This document shows positions 20,390-31,183 of a stretch of 64,000 bases of DNA, one piece after another (the stretch's first letter is position 1; the number at the start of each line of letters is the position of its first letter). Made by a program: the position numbers and the translations under genes. Below the pieces are notes generated by a model, which did no database searches, was not told where the DNA came from, and saw nothing but the letters and a program-made list of their open reading frames with translations. The DNA is from Salinispira sp. (GTDB lineage: Bacteria; Spirochaetota; Spirochaetia; DSM-27196; Salinispiraceae): positions 1-64,000 of the forward strand of contig CBDDDG010000012.1 of the NCBI GenBank assembly GCA_965226555.1. The letters are read 5' to 3'.

Positions 20390-21904
20390 ATGAAAAAATA
20401 TATTGCTGCGCTTGATCAGGGAACCACAAGTACCCGCTGTATTTTTTTTGATGCTGAAGGACAGATATGTGCTTCCCATCAATTGGAGCATAAGCAGATA
20501 TTTCCTGAACCCGGCTGGGTTGAACATGATCCTCACGAAATCTGGCAACGAACACAAGATGTTATAGCAGCATGCCTCAGAAAGGCCGATGCGAAGGGAG
20601 CGGATATTGCGGCAGTCGGTCTGACGAATCAACGGGAAACCACGCTTCTCTGGAACCCCAAAACCGGTGAACCATTCGGTAATGCCATAGTATGGCAGGA
20701 TATGCGTACATCCGATCGAATCGAAGAGCTTATTGCCGAACATGGCAAGGACTGGCTGAGGGAGAAAACGGGGCTTCCCCTTGCGGCATATTTTTCAGGT
20801 ACCAAGCTTGAGTGGATTCTTAACAATCGGCCTGACGCGCGCGCAGCCGCCCTCCGCGGCGAAGCTGTTTTCGGCACTATGGATACCTATCTGTGCTGGC
20901 AACTCAGCGGAGGAGTTGGGGGAGGCGGCGTCCACATTACCGATTCCACCAATGCAAGCCGTACTCTCCTCATGAACATTGCTTCCCGAGAATGGGATCC
21001 CGCGCTCCTCGACATCTTTTCCATCCCTCATCAAATTCTGCCGGAGATATATCCCTCCATTCCCTCGGATCCCTACGGATACACTGACCCGCGTGGACCC
21101 TTCGGGGCGGAAATTCCCATTGCCGGTATTCTGGGCGACCAGCAGGCTGCGCTCTTTGGCCAGACCTGTTTTGAAGCGGGAGAAAGCAAGAATACCTATG
21201 GAACCGGATGCTTTCTGCTCATGAATAGCGGTACGGAAATAGTGTATTCTTCTCACGGACTCATAAGTACTGTTGCCTATCAAATAGGTGATGAACCTGC
21301 GCGCTATGCCTTGGAGGGTTCCATTGCAATTGCCGGCTCACTAATACAGTGGCTGCGTGATAATTTAGGTATTATAAAAACTTCTGCCGAGGTTGAGTCT
21401 CTGGCGCTCAGTGTTAAGGATTCGGGCGATGTCTATTTTGTTCCGGCATTTTCTGGACTCTATGCTCCGCACTGGTGCGGTGATGCGCGGGGAATTATTG
21501 CCGGACTTACCGGCTTTGCCAACGCCGGCCACATTGCGCGCGCGGCTCTTGAGGCAACAGCATTTCAGAGTCTTGAAATTATGCAGGCCATGGAATCTGA
21601 TTCCGGCAGGAAGCTCCGCGACATTCGCGTCGATGGCGGCATGGTCGTGAATGAGACTCTCATGCAGTTTCAGTCTGATATTTCCGGGTTGCCGGTTATC
21701 TGCCCCCGGATAGCAGAAACAACAGCGCTCGGAGCTGCGTATGCTGCCGGTCTTGCCGTTGGTTTCTGGAAAGACAGGGAAGCGCTGCGCGGGTACTGGC
21801 ATGAGGATAGACGCTGGGAGCCAAAAATGCAGGCAGCCGATTGCGCGAGGCGCATTCGGCGCTGGCAGCAGGCTCTTGAGCGTTCACGGGGCTGGGCTTT
21901 GTAA
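20390..21904 (+). CDS. glpK: glycerol kinase
   Basis: ALDQGTTSTR, TNQRETT, GDQQAALFGQ, KNTYGTGCF. Confidence 0.97.
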   Translation: MKKYIAALDQGTTSTRCIFFDAEGQICASHQLEHKQIFPEPGWVEHDPHEIWQRTQDVIAACLRKADAKGADIAAVGLTNQRETTLLWNPKTGEPFGNAIVWQDMRTSDRIEELIAEHGKDWLREKTGLPLAAYFSGTKLEWILNNRPDARAAALRGEAVFGTMDTYLCWQLSGGVGGGGVHITDSTNASRTLLMNIASREWDPALLDIFSIPHQILPEIYPSIPSDPYGYTDPRGPFGAEIPIAGILGDQQAALFGQTCFEAGESKNTYGTGCFLLMNSGTEIVYSSHGLISTVAYQIGDEPARYALEGSIAIAGSLIQWLRDNLGIIKTSAEVESLALSVKDSGDVYFVPAFSGLYAPHWCGDARGIIAGLTGFANAGHIARAALEATAFQSLEIMQAMESDSGRKLRDIRVDGGMVVNETLMQFQSDISGLPVICPRIAETTALGAAYAAGLAVGFWKDREALRGYWHEDRRWEPKMQAADCARRIRRWQQALERSRGWAL

Positions 21905-22750
21905 AAACTGTTTAATCTCTTTCCGGTCGCGTTCACTCATAGCAGTTGTTTCGTCATCATCGGTCAGGTCGACCGCAGCGGTGTAGGTTTTGCCGTTTCT
22001 TATGTGCTTGAGAACAGTCTGCATATACGTGCATTGGCTTCTGGAGAAGGTGCGGGAAGACTGCATATATTCACGGAAGGCCTCAAACGCAATAGGGCAT
22101 ATTTCCTGAACAATTGTTTCCATGGCCCGTGAATATTCCTGAATTTCAAATTGCGCGTGTGCATCGCTGCGGAGCATGAAAAATTTGAAGAGGTTGTTCA
22201 GATCAATCTGCACCTGAAATTTGGTATAGATACCGACTCCCAGAACCGTACGCGCTAGTTCTCTCGCCAGATTATGTTCAGTAATACATGCTTTGTATAT
22301 TTCATAGGTCTGATCATTGATCGACTCTATTTTCTCCCGCACATCGCTGCTTGCGTCTGCAGAAAGTATCTGACCGCGGCCCTGCTTATTGGAAATATTC
22401 TGGGAATTAATATGTTTATCATCGGGAATATAAAATTCAGGTTCAAATTCAGTGTAGCGCCCCGATACTTCATTAATTCTATGTGTTCTGTGCCTGAACC
22501 ATTGGCGGGCGACAAAAATCGGCGCCTTAACAAGAAAGGTAAACACGACTTGCTCAAACGGCGATGTATGCCCGTGTTTCAGCAAATAAAAAATGAGCTT
22601 TCGGTCCTGCGCGCTCACCTCGTCTGCAATGTGCTCCTGTTTGTCGAAGGATATTCGTGCGGCATTGACAATTGCCTTATCGTTTCCCAGATGATCAAGG
22701 AATTTTACGTAGCCCCGATCAAGAACCTTAATTGTTTTGTGCGATTGCAT
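21884..22750 (-). CDS. thyX: FAD-dependent thymidylate synthase
   Basis: GHTSPFE, RQWFRHR, NEVSGRY, ELAR, HAQFEI. Confidence 0.96.
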   Translation of the reverse strand: MQSHKTIKVLDRGYVKFLDHLGNDKAIVNAARISFDKQEHIADEVSAQDRKLIFYLLKHGHTSPFEQVVFTFLVKAPIFVARQWFRHRTHRINEVSGRYTEFEPEFYIPDDKHINSQNISNKQGRGQILSADASSDVREKIESINDQTYEIYKACITEHNLARELARTVLGVGIYTKFQVQIDLNNLFKFFMLRSDAHAQFEIQEYSRAMETIVQEICPIAFEAFREYMQSSRTFSRSQCTYMQTVLKHIRNGKTYTAAVDLTDDDETTAMSERDRKEIKQFLQSPAP

Positions 22751-22812
22751 GGTGGAAGGAATAGTATTGATGTTTTGTCCAATATAATCAAGAGGACACA
22801 ATCTTGAGCAGA

Positions 22813-24276
22813 TCAGTCGAGCGCACGGACAGCTTTCAGAATTTCGGCAGGGGGTGTGTGGGCGGGCAAAACATGATTATGGCCATTATGCTGCTCAATA
22901 TATGCCCTGACTCGGGGGCCGCAAAATTGCCCTTGGCAGGCTCCCATGCCCGCGCGGGTACGGAGCTTTACTGCGTCCATGGAATGTATCGGTATGTTGC
23001 GGCTCAAGGCATCTTTTATTTGAGCTTCACGTACTTGCTCGCATCGGCAGACAAGGCGGGCGGGGTCGCCCATTTCTCTGTCGATGTCGGCGCGCAGCTC
23101 CATTATCGGACGCAGGGAATAATAGGGCTGAATTGCCGCTCGCTGCAGCAGATTCCGTTTTTTTGCTGCAGAAACGGCTCCCGTATCACACAGAATACTG
23201 AATACCATTTCGGCAATAGCCGGAGCGGCAGTAAGCCCGGGCGATTCAATTCCTGCCACATTAATGAAGCCGGGAACCGCTGTTTCTTCTATGATAAAGT
23301 CCCGCGTATTGGGAGTTGGCCGTAGGCCTGCATATACCCGGATAATATCCTTTGCCTTCAAATCGGGAACAGTTTTACGGGCAATGGAGAGAATGTTTCT
23401 CAGAGTTTCAGGAGAAGTGCTCCTGTCTTCCTTCTGTGGAATTTTTTCAACGTTTGGCCCAACTATGAGGTTGTTCCAGCAGGTTGGAGAAACCAATACT
23501 CCCTTTCCCTGACTGGTTGGTGTCCTGAACAGCACCGAGTGTATACCCGCGGCCGCTCCGCGCCGGAATACCATATACTCCCCTTTTCGGGGGGTGAGGG
23601 AGAAGGTTTTCAGCCCCAGAAGGTTTTCAATAAGATCAGCATAGATACCGGCAGCGTTGATAACAATTTCAGCGTTCAGGGTTCCCCGGTTAGTATGGAT
23701 ACGGAAGCCGTCATCCTGTTTTTCAAGCCCCCGTACTTCGGTACTGAGGGAAAGCCGGGTACCGTTTGCTATTGCATTTTCTGCCATGGCAATACCGGCT
23801 TCATAGGGGCTTACTATGCCTGTTTCAGGTGAATAGAGGGCAGCCCGAAATTGGCTTGTTATACGCGGTTCATGCTTACACACGGTTGCGGAAGAAAGAA
23901 TCTCCAGTCCGCTGACATCGTTTTTCAGACCGTTTTCCAGAAGATCGTGTAGTATGTGTTCTTCATCTTCAGTGAAGGCCAGTACGTATGAACCAATTTT
24001 CCGATACGGGAAACCAAGCCGCTCCGCGAGCCCCCCATACATTCTGTTTCCGCGTATTGCGAGCTCTCCCTTGAGGGTACCCGCCTTTGCCGTGTATCCG
24101 CCGTGTACAATACCGCTATTTGCCCGGGTAGCTCCCGTGCAGACATCGTCCGATTTTTCAATGAGTAAAACGGAAATACCATATTCCGAGAGCAGACCGG
24201 CAATGGATACGCCAACAATACCTGCCCCAATTACAGCAATTTCTGCGGTATTTTGTTTGTTTTTGTTCATATTCAA
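22813..24276 (-). CDS. FAD-dependent oxidoreductase with BFD-like [2Fe-2S] domain (GlpA/LhgO-like, probable glycerol-3-phosphate dehydrogenase)
   Basis: GAGIVG, ANSGIVHGG, GIESPGLTAAPAIA, CRCE...GMGACQGQFC. Confidence 0.88.
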   Translation of the reverse strand: MNMNKNKQNTAEIAVIGAGIVGVSIAGLLSEYGISVLLIEKSDDVCTGATRANSGIVHGGYTAKAGTLKGELAIRGNRMYGGLAERLGFPYRKIGSYVLAFTEDEEHILHDLLENGLKNDVSGLEILSSATVCKHEPRITSQFRAALYSPETGIVSPYEAGIAMAENAIANGTRLSLSTEVRGLEKQDDGFRIHTNRGTLNAEIVINAAGIYADLIENLLGLKTFSLTPRKGEYMVFRRGAAAGIHSVLFRTPTSQGKGVLVSPTCWNNLIVGPNVEKIPQKEDRSTSPETLRNILSIARKTVPDLKAKDIIRVYAGLRPTPNTRDFIIEETAVPGFINVAGIESPGLTAAPAIAEMVFSILCDTGAVSAAKKRNLLQRAAIQPYYSLRPIMELRADIDREMGDPARLVCRCEQVREAQIKDALSRNIPIHSMDAVKLRTRAGMGACQGQFCGPRVRAYIEQHNGHNHVLPAHTPPAEILKAVRALD

Positions 24277-24351
24277 ACATATTATTCAATTATTATGATC
24301 GATGTCAAACAAATATATGTGGATATGTATGTTGCTGAGTTCAGGGTATGA

Positions 24352-26400
24352 TCAGATTTTCTGCGTTTTTCTATCAATTGCATGGTAATACCAGCGGATG
24401 GAATCGATAAGCTGTTGCTTGTTCTTAACCTTGACCTTCATTCGCATTGATTTCATATGATTACGCATTGTGTTGGCAGAAACACCGAGCATTTCTGCCA
24501 GATCGCTGTCGGTACCCTTCACTTCTATGAGTAATCTGCCAATCTCCATTTCGCGGCGGGTGAAGCCCATTTTTTTGAGATCAAGCTTTCTTCCTTCAAT
24601 ATCCTTGAGAACCTTATCAACTTGAGCTTCCTTTTTGCTGTAGGCCCGAATTACATCTAACTCTCCGATTAATATGACGGAAGTGAGGAAAATGAAAAAT
24701 GCGATTATACCGATTCCGTATGCCCAGCCGAGGGCAAGACTCCCGGCAATGATGACAATTGTAAGTATTATGCAGGTAGAGATAATAAGTTTGGTAACGG
24801 TGTGGCGTTTGAAAAAGTCGTATTTGTAGGACATGTAAAACCCAACGAGTATGAACCCCAGTCCGTATATTACTTCTGCATCGCTTATACTTATAACTGC
24901 GACAACTCCGATACCGATTGGACAGAGTGTGTGAAAGACCCCGCGCATTTTTTCAGGACCCCACTGGAGAATAACCGCGACAACAAGTATTACAAATGAT
25001 ACAAGAACATTCGCCTGTACCATAAGTTCTTCAAGTGTCATATTACGCATCCAATCATAGATTATGTTCTGATCTTGCTTCGATTTAACGGACACTCTTC
25101 TAAGCACGATACTATAGGGAGAGGAGAGTGTTATGGAAACACGGAAAGTCAGAAAATTCTATGCTGAGGATTTTAAGGAACAGGCTGTGGAGCTTGCCAA
25201 AGAAATTGGCACGAAGCAGGCGACGGAAAAGCTGGGTATAGCAAGTTATCATACCCTCGCGAAATGGGTTCGGAACGACCAGAAAGGTCCCGAGTTTCGG
25301 GAACTTCAGGAAGCCCTGGCCGAGAACAAACGATTGAGAAAGGAACTGCGCGCCGAGAAAAAGGCGGTGGCAATACTCAATGATGCAATGGTTTTTTTTT
25401 GCAGAAAGGAGAGCCTGAAATGAAGTATCGAGGAATTGAGCAGCTGAAGCAGACCGGACATGCTGTTGCACCATGCTGCAAACTTCTGAAGGTGTCCAGC
25501 TCGGGATTCTATGACTGGCTTAAGAGAGAACCGTCCAAAAACACCCGCAGGGATGATGAGCTTACGGGTAAAATCCTGCGTGTGTATACTGAAAATAAGG
25601 GATGCTACGGTTCGCCCCGAATTCACCGGCTGCTGCATCTTCATGGTGAAGCAATCGGGAGGAACCGAGTCGCCCGGCTTATGAGGGAATCGGGGCTCAA
25701 TGCGGGGAGAACGAAGGCATATCGCCCGCGAACAACAATGAGCAATCCATCCCAGAAGAAGTCTCCGCGGGTGTTTCGCATTGAAAGCTCCACGGTTACG
25801 AAAGCGAATGAGGTCTGGGCATCGGACCTCACGTACCTGCCCGCCGGCGCAGGATTTGCGTACCTTGTTGTGGTTCTGGACATCTATACCCGGGAAATTA
25901 CGGGCTGGAATGTCAGTGATTCCATGGAGAGCACACAGACGGAAAAGGCTCTGTTACAGGCCGTACGGAGAACTCCCGGGGAGTTGAATAGCTTGGTCTT
26001 TCATTCAGATCAGGGAACGCAGTATTGCGCGCAGAGCATTCGAGACAAACTGGAAATGTTACATATTACCCAGTCGATGTCGAGAAGGGGGAATTGCTAC
26101 GATAATGCCTTTGTGGAAAGTTTTTTCCACACGCTGAAGAATGAGCTTGGTAAGCCGAGGTTTCAGAACCTTCAGGAGGCGCGGAAGATAGTTTTTGAAT
26201 ACATCAACTGGTATAACCGAGAGAGGCTTCATTCTTCTCTTGACTATATGAGTCCGATGAATTATGCTTTGAAAACAGCAGGAGAATCCTGTTGTGTTGC
26301 TTAGCGGATTGTCCGAATTTTCGAAGCAAGATCAGTTCAGGATGAGGATTGAAAGAGTAAATATAATGTAAATAATATTAATTCTTTTAGAAAATTTCAT
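24352..26400 (-). pseudogene. multi-TM membrane sensor fused to a LuxR-type HTH, interrupted at codon 22 by IS3
   Basis: ATG at 26400 with GGAGG RBS; removing the IS and one gttc copy restores MKFSKRINIIYIIFTLSILILN-IIYDW in frame; C-terminal FTRREMEI...LAEMLGVSANTMRNHMKSMRMK. Confidence 0.9.
25070..26334 (+). mobile_element. IS3-family element, copy 2 (orfA 25133-25423, orfB 25420-26304)
   Basis: Same IRs, length and translations as copy 1; 4-bp TSD gttc. Confidence 0.97.
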
Positions 26401-26473
26401 GTATAGCCTCCATTTTCCTATCATTTTGGAATAGTTATACTATAACACACATAATATCAGAAAATGATGACAG

Positions 26474-26500
26474 AAAAAAGGCACAGAAAAATCTGTGCCT
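26474..26500 (-). terminator. probable intrinsic terminator of the 189-aa gene
   Basis: Minus strand aggcacaga-tttt-tctgtgcct followed by a T run. Confidence 0.7.
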
Positions 26501-26574
26501 CATGCTGAAATTCTTATTTTTCACAATAAATCTATTGAGTTAGTGTTTTAATACACTATTTTATAAGTGTTATT

Positions 26575-27144
26575 TCAATCACTACCGCCAGGTAACCAAT
26601 GAAATCTTTCTGCTATGACCTTAAGTGAAAGTATGGTTTCTAGGCGATGACCCGGAAGGAGTCTTACCGCATGCCCTGTCAATGTTTGCCGGGCGCTATC
26701 ATAATTCCAGCTTCCTGAGTTGAGAGGATTATACTTGCCATTATTGGCATCGGCTTCTCTATCGTGAAGATAATCATTCAGTAAAACAAGACCTGCCATA
26801 GCCAGTCCCTTTTCAATTACCTCTTCATTGCCGCCACGCATTATATCGTAGAAAGGTTTTAATCTGCTCACATAGTCATGGTCATTATCTTCAGTATGGA
26901 GAAAAAGATCTCTTCCGCCTTTCCGTTCGGTGAGATATATTGAAACATTCAAAAGACCAACACCAACAGGATTCGGACACTCAGCATAATACGGCAGTAA
27001 GCCGAACATTCGGATCAGCACATCATTCATAACGAAGGCCTTTTCTTCTTCGTTTAGCTGAAATGTTGCTACAGTTCTTGAAACAATTGAGGACCAGATA
27101 ACCTGTTCCTCAGATGATAATTTTGTTTCGGAAAAATTACTCAT
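26575..27144 (-). CDS. hypothetical helical protein with NDYLHDREAD..GKYNP motif
   Basis: 189-aa ORF with aggagggg RBS; family not recognised. Confidence 0.85.
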   Translation of the reverse strand: MSNFSETKLSSEEQVIWSSIVSRTVATFQLNEEEKAFVMNDVLIRMFGLLPYYAECPNPVGVGLLNVSIYLTERKGGRDLFLHTEDNDHDYVSRLKPFYDIMRGGNEEVIEKGLAMAGLVLLNDYLHDREADANNGKYNPLNSGSWNYDSARQTLTGHAVRLLPGHRLETILSLKVIAERFHWLPGGSD

Positions 27145-27450
27145 GGTAATCCCTCCCTATATGGATTTTATTTGCCAAGCAAATAATTTAAATTTAAATG
27201 CTACCACCACTTATTTGATAAGGCAAATGTTATGAAATGAAGTTTTTCATATTTTTTGTGGTGAATTTTCATCATATTTAATTGATTAAAAACGATTTTT
27301 TTGAATGTTTATAGAATTTTTTGCGCATTGCAAAACGTTCTTGTATGTATTTTAGACTATGTATTTTTTGAAGCATAAAACATTTTGACTATTGGCAGGG
27401 ATATTTATGCGCGCACTGTCGGGCATTGGTCAGCCAGCGCATAAAATGGA

Positions 27451-28176
27451 TCAGACCCGGAAAGATTCCCCGAGATAGACCTCCCGCGCCAAGGGGTTTT
27501 TTACAATGTCGTCTTTGTTGCCCTCAACAATTATCTGGCCGTCCTTGATAATGTATGAATGGTGGGTAATTTCAAGGGCATCGCGGACATTATGATCGGT
27601 AATGAGGATGCCGATGTTTTTTTCTGCGAGAATACCGATGGTCTGCTTAATTTCATGAATTGTTATAGGATCAATACCCGCGAAGGGCTCATCGAGCAGC
27701 AGGAAGTGCGGGTCTATTGCGAGGCTGCGGGCAATTTCCGTTCTCCGGCGTTCTCCGCCTGAGAGAGTGTATGCGGGCTGCTTTCGTTTATCTTGGAGTC
27801 CCAGTTCTGAAAGAAGAGATTCAAGCAGTTCTTTTTTCTGTTTTATCTCTATGTCTTTTCGGGTTTCAATAATTGCCCATATATTATTTTCAACGCTTAA
27901 TTTTTTGAAAATTGATGTTTCCTGAGGAAGATAGGAAATTCCCAGACGGGCGCGCCGGTACATGGGCAGTTGGGTAATATCATGATCATTAAGAAAAATT
28001 GAACCGCTGTTAAGTTTGACAAATCCGACAATGCTGTAAAAACAGGTTGTTTTGCCTGCGCCGTTCGGCCCGAGCAGACCAACAACCTCACCTTCCCGCA
28101 TGGTAAAATTTATTCCCCGGAGAACTTCCTTTTTTCCATAGCTCTTTCTGAGGTCAGACACGCTCAGGCTACTCAT
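27451..28176 (-). CDS. lptB: LPS export ABC transporter ATPase
   Basis: GPNGAGKTT, LPMYRRARLGISYLPQE, LSGGERRR, DEPFAGIDP, TDHNVR. Confidence 0.96.
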   Translation of the reverse strand: MSSLSVSDLRKSYGKKEVLRGINFTMREGEVVGLLGPNGAGKTTCFYSIVGFVKLNSGSIFLNDHDITQLPMYRRARLGISYLPQETSIFKKLSVENNIWAIIETRKDIEIKQKKELLESLLSELGLQDKRKQPAYTLSGGERRRTEIARSLAIDPHFLLLDEPFAGIDPITIHEIKQTIGILAEKNIGILITDHNVRDALEITHHSYIIKDGQIIVEGNKDDIVKNPLAREVYLGESFRV

Positions 28177-29006
28177 TGCAGCTCCTTGCGAGAATTTTCT
28201 GGATTCTCCAGATTTGCCGGATCATCCGCATCTGCTGCGGGGACTGTATTTTCCTCGATTTCCTTGGTTTCCTCGGTATCCTTGGTTTCCTCGGTATCGG
28301 ATATTTGCCCCTTGACCTCACCCTCCAGAATTATTTCGTTGGTTTCGGTATAGACGATAATAACTGAGGCCGAATATTCATCGTTTTTGTAATGAACAGT
28401 CGGAAAACCGCTGAGTTCCAAACGTTTAATATCTTCAAAATACCGCACAAGTTCGGCGTTGGCGATCATATCTTCACGAACGATCTGTACATTGAGTTGA
28501 AAAACAACAAGATCTGGCTGACGTTCGAGGAAGGAGCTGCGGATGAAAATATCTTCCTCCTCATCCTTGAACTGACTGTTTCCCTCCAGAACAAGAATAT
28601 CCTCTTCTGAATCGTAGGTAAATATTTCAGCATTCAGAGTAATGTCATTTTCCTTGTCGTAAAGTGATATTGAGCCTTCTCCGGATATATAGCGGTTGTT
28701 TTCTCCCCGCATACGGATTGTCTCGGCAGCAATTCTGATTTTTTCATCTTCCACAAGGGCATTTCCCTGTAGTACCGTGCTTTCATTTCCCTCAGCAAAA
28801 ACCGAACGCACCTTTGCTGCCGAAAAATCGAGACTTTCACCAAAAACCGGGAAGGCAGATACACAGAGGAAACTGACAAAAACCATAACAGAAAATTTTG
28901 CCTTGCAAAATTTTCCAATGCGGATTCTCTCATCTCTATTCTTGATTCTCTCAAGGTATAGAAAGTCTGGGTGAAGGCGCCGAAGACAGCGCGGATGAAT
29001 CGGCAT
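28173..29006 (-). CDS. lptA: LptA/OstA-family protein with a repeat insertion in its N-terminus
   Basis: Between lptC and lptB; beta-jellyroll-like sequence; ATG overlaps lptC stop (TAATG). Confidence 0.8.
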   Translation of the reverse strand: MPIHPRCLRRLHPDFLYLERIKNRDERIRIGKFCKAKFSVMVFVSFLCVSAFPVFGESLDFSAAKVRSVFAEGNESTVLQGNALVEDEKIRIAAETIRMRGENNRYISGEGSISLYDKENDITLNAEIFTYDSEEDILVLEGNSQFKDEEEDIFIRSSFLERQPDLVVFQLNVQIVREDMIANAELVRYFEDIKRLELSGFPTVHYKNDEYSASVIIVYTETNEIILEGEVKGQISDTEETKDTEETKEIEENTVPAADADDPANLENPENSRKELQ

Positions 29007-29563
29007 TATTCATCCTCCTCATCTATAAGTATACCACGGACGCCATTCTCGAATCGTATTTCCTGAAGAAGCAGGTCGGCAATAAAGCCCCTTCCCTGTA
29101 GGGATGTTCCGTCATCCTTAAGAAGTTCCACGAAAATATCGGGAGCCGCCCAAATGAGGTTCTGTTCAGGACTGAAGAGGAATTCCTCGCCCCGTATGCG
29201 ATAGGAGTTTTCGGTAATATAGATGTCCACTGTTTCCGAGAGAAGGATGTCATCATTATTCAGATCGCGGGAAGCGAAACCGGAACTTCCTCGAACGGCA
29301 ATATCGCCATCATCATCAAAATGAGTAAAGGAAAGACCCATTATTTTATGAATTCCCTGTTTTTCGAAAACCTGAACACGATCGGATCGGAGTTCAAGAA
29401 TTTGCTCTCCCTCATCGTATACCCGTTCGGAAATAGTATAAAGCGAGACATCGGGAATTTCCTGCTTCTGGTCATCGGTAAGTAATTGTTCGTATTCAAA
29501 GCTGCATGAAATTGTGAATGCGAGCATGATGAGCAGTGAAATAGGAGGCGGAGGATATTTCAT
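29006..29563 (-). CDS. lptC: LPS export periplasmic protein LptC (lipoprotein type)
   Basis: FTISC lipobox; LQGRGFIADL...IRFENGVRG; synteny. Confidence 0.8.
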   Translation of the reverse strand: MKYPPPPISLLIMLAFTISCSFEYEQLLTDDQKQEIPDVSLYTISERVYDEGEQILELRSDRVQVFEKQGIHKIMGLSFTHFDDDGDIAVRGSSGFASRDLNNDDILLSETVDIYITENSYRIRGEEFLFSPEQNLIWAAPDIFVELLKDDGTSLQGRGFIADLLLQEIRFENGVRGILIDEEDE

Positions 29564-31161
29564 TGTGTATTTCCCATGCTTGCCGCTATGAATTTGACGA
29601 AGAGCGGATGAGGATTGAGCGGGCTTGAACGGAATTCCGGATGAAATTGGACGCCGATACCCCAGGGGTGGTCAGGCCATTCACATGCTTCAATAAGTTC
29701 ATTTCCTGCCGTGAAGGCGCTGAAAACAATGCCGGCTTCGCTCAATAATTGACGGTAGGAGTTGTTTACTTCATACCGGTGCCGATGTCGTTCGCGGACA
29801 GTTGTGCAGCCATAGGCCGCCTGAATTTTTGTGTTCTCAACCAGCAGCGATTCACTGAGCCCGAGGCGCATGGTGCCGCCGTAGTTTTTGATATTTTCCT
29901 GTTCTTCAAGAAGACTTATAACCGGATGTGTTGACTCCGGTACGAATTCCGTACTGTTTGCATCGGCATAGGAAAGAAAGTCTCGGGCATATTCAATAAT
30001 CATTACCTGCATTCCGAGGCAAATACCGAAATAGGGAATGCCCTGTTCCCGCGCATATTTTGCCACGGTAACCATGCCTTCGACTCCCCGAATTCCGAAG
30101 CCTCCGGGTACCAGAATACCGTCTATTTCCTTGAGCGCGCGGGAGGGATCATCCATTTTTTCCAAATCTTCACTGTCAATTTTCTTCAGTACTACCTTCA
30201 CGGAGTTGGCGATGCCGCCATGGAGGAGGGCTTCATCCACCGATTTATAGGCGTCTGAAAGTTCGATGTATTTCCCGATCATACCTATTTCTACTACTTT
30301 CGCAGAATGGAGAATAATATGGACAATTTTTTTCCATTCAGACATATCTGATGTTTTCGCGTCGAGTTTCAGATTATTGAGGATAATATTGTCGAGAGAT
30401 TGATTCTGATATACAAGGGGAACCTCGTAAATTGTGTGCACATCGTGAGCCGAAATGACTGCATCAAAGGAAACGTTTGTAAACTGGGCAATTTTCCGGC
30501 GTATATCGGTATCAATGGATATGGATGAGCGGCAGAGAAGTATGTCCGGTTGTATGCCGATTTCCCGGAGTTTGTTGACTGCGTGCTGGGTTGGTTTTGT
30601 TTTTTGTTCTCCGCCCGCGAGTTCGGGAATAAGGGTAAGGTGCACCGATATAACATTCTCCCGGCCGTATTCCTGAATCATCTGTCGCGCCGCTTCAAGA
30701 AAGGGAATGGATTCTATATCGCCGACTGTGCCCCCAACTTCAATGATGACCAGATCAATGCCCGGTTCATCGCTTATGGCGCTGATCCGCTGTTTAATTC
30801 TGTCGGTTATATGCGGAACGACCTGTACGGTACGGCCAAGGTAGCGGCCTTCACGCTCTTTTTGAATGACTTCCTGATATAACTGGCCGGTGGTAATTGA
30901 GTTGGCATGAGAGAGTGTGGAATGAGTAAAGCGGGCGTAATTTCCAAGGTCCAGGTCAGTTTCAGCGCCATCATCGGTTACGTATACTTCACCATGCTGG
31001 TAGGGGCTCATTGTTCCCGCGTCAACGTTTATATATGGATCAATTTTGACCATCCGCAGTTTAAGACCCCGGGCTTCCAAGAGGGTTCCGATGCTGGATG
31101 CCGCAATGCCTTTACCGAGGCTTGAACAAACTCCGCCGGTAACAAATATGTATTTTCTCAT
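29560..31161 (-). CDS. pyrG: CTP synthase
   Basis: GGVCSSLGKG, KTKPTQH, GICLGMQ, ERHRHRYE, QFHPEF. Confidence 0.98.
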   Translation of the reverse strand: MRKYIFVTGGVCSSLGKGIAASSIGTLLEARGLKLRMVKIDPYINVDAGTMSPYQHGEVYVTDDGAETDLDLGNYARFTHSTLSHANSITTGQLYQEVIQKEREGRYLGRTVQVVPHITDRIKQRISAISDEPGIDLVIIEVGGTVGDIESIPFLEAARQMIQEYGRENVISVHLTLIPELAGGEQKTKPTQHAVNKLREIGIQPDILLCRSSISIDTDIRRKIAQFTNVSFDAVISAHDVHTIYEVPLVYQNQSLDNIILNNLKLDAKTSDMSEWKKIVHIILHSAKVVEIGMIGKYIELSDAYKSVDEALLHGGIANSVKVVLKKIDSEDLEKMDDPSRALKEIDGILVPGGFGIRGVEGMVTVAKYAREQGIPYFGICLGMQVMIIEYARDFLSYADANSTEFVPESTHPVISLLEEQENIKNYGGTMRLGLSESLLVENTKIQAAYGCTTVRERHRHRYEVNNSYRQLLSEAGIVFSAFTAGNELIEACEWPDHPWGIGVQFHPEFRSSPLNPHPLFVKFIAASMGNTQ

Positions 31162-31183
31162 GGAGTTTTATTATTGCGTTTAG

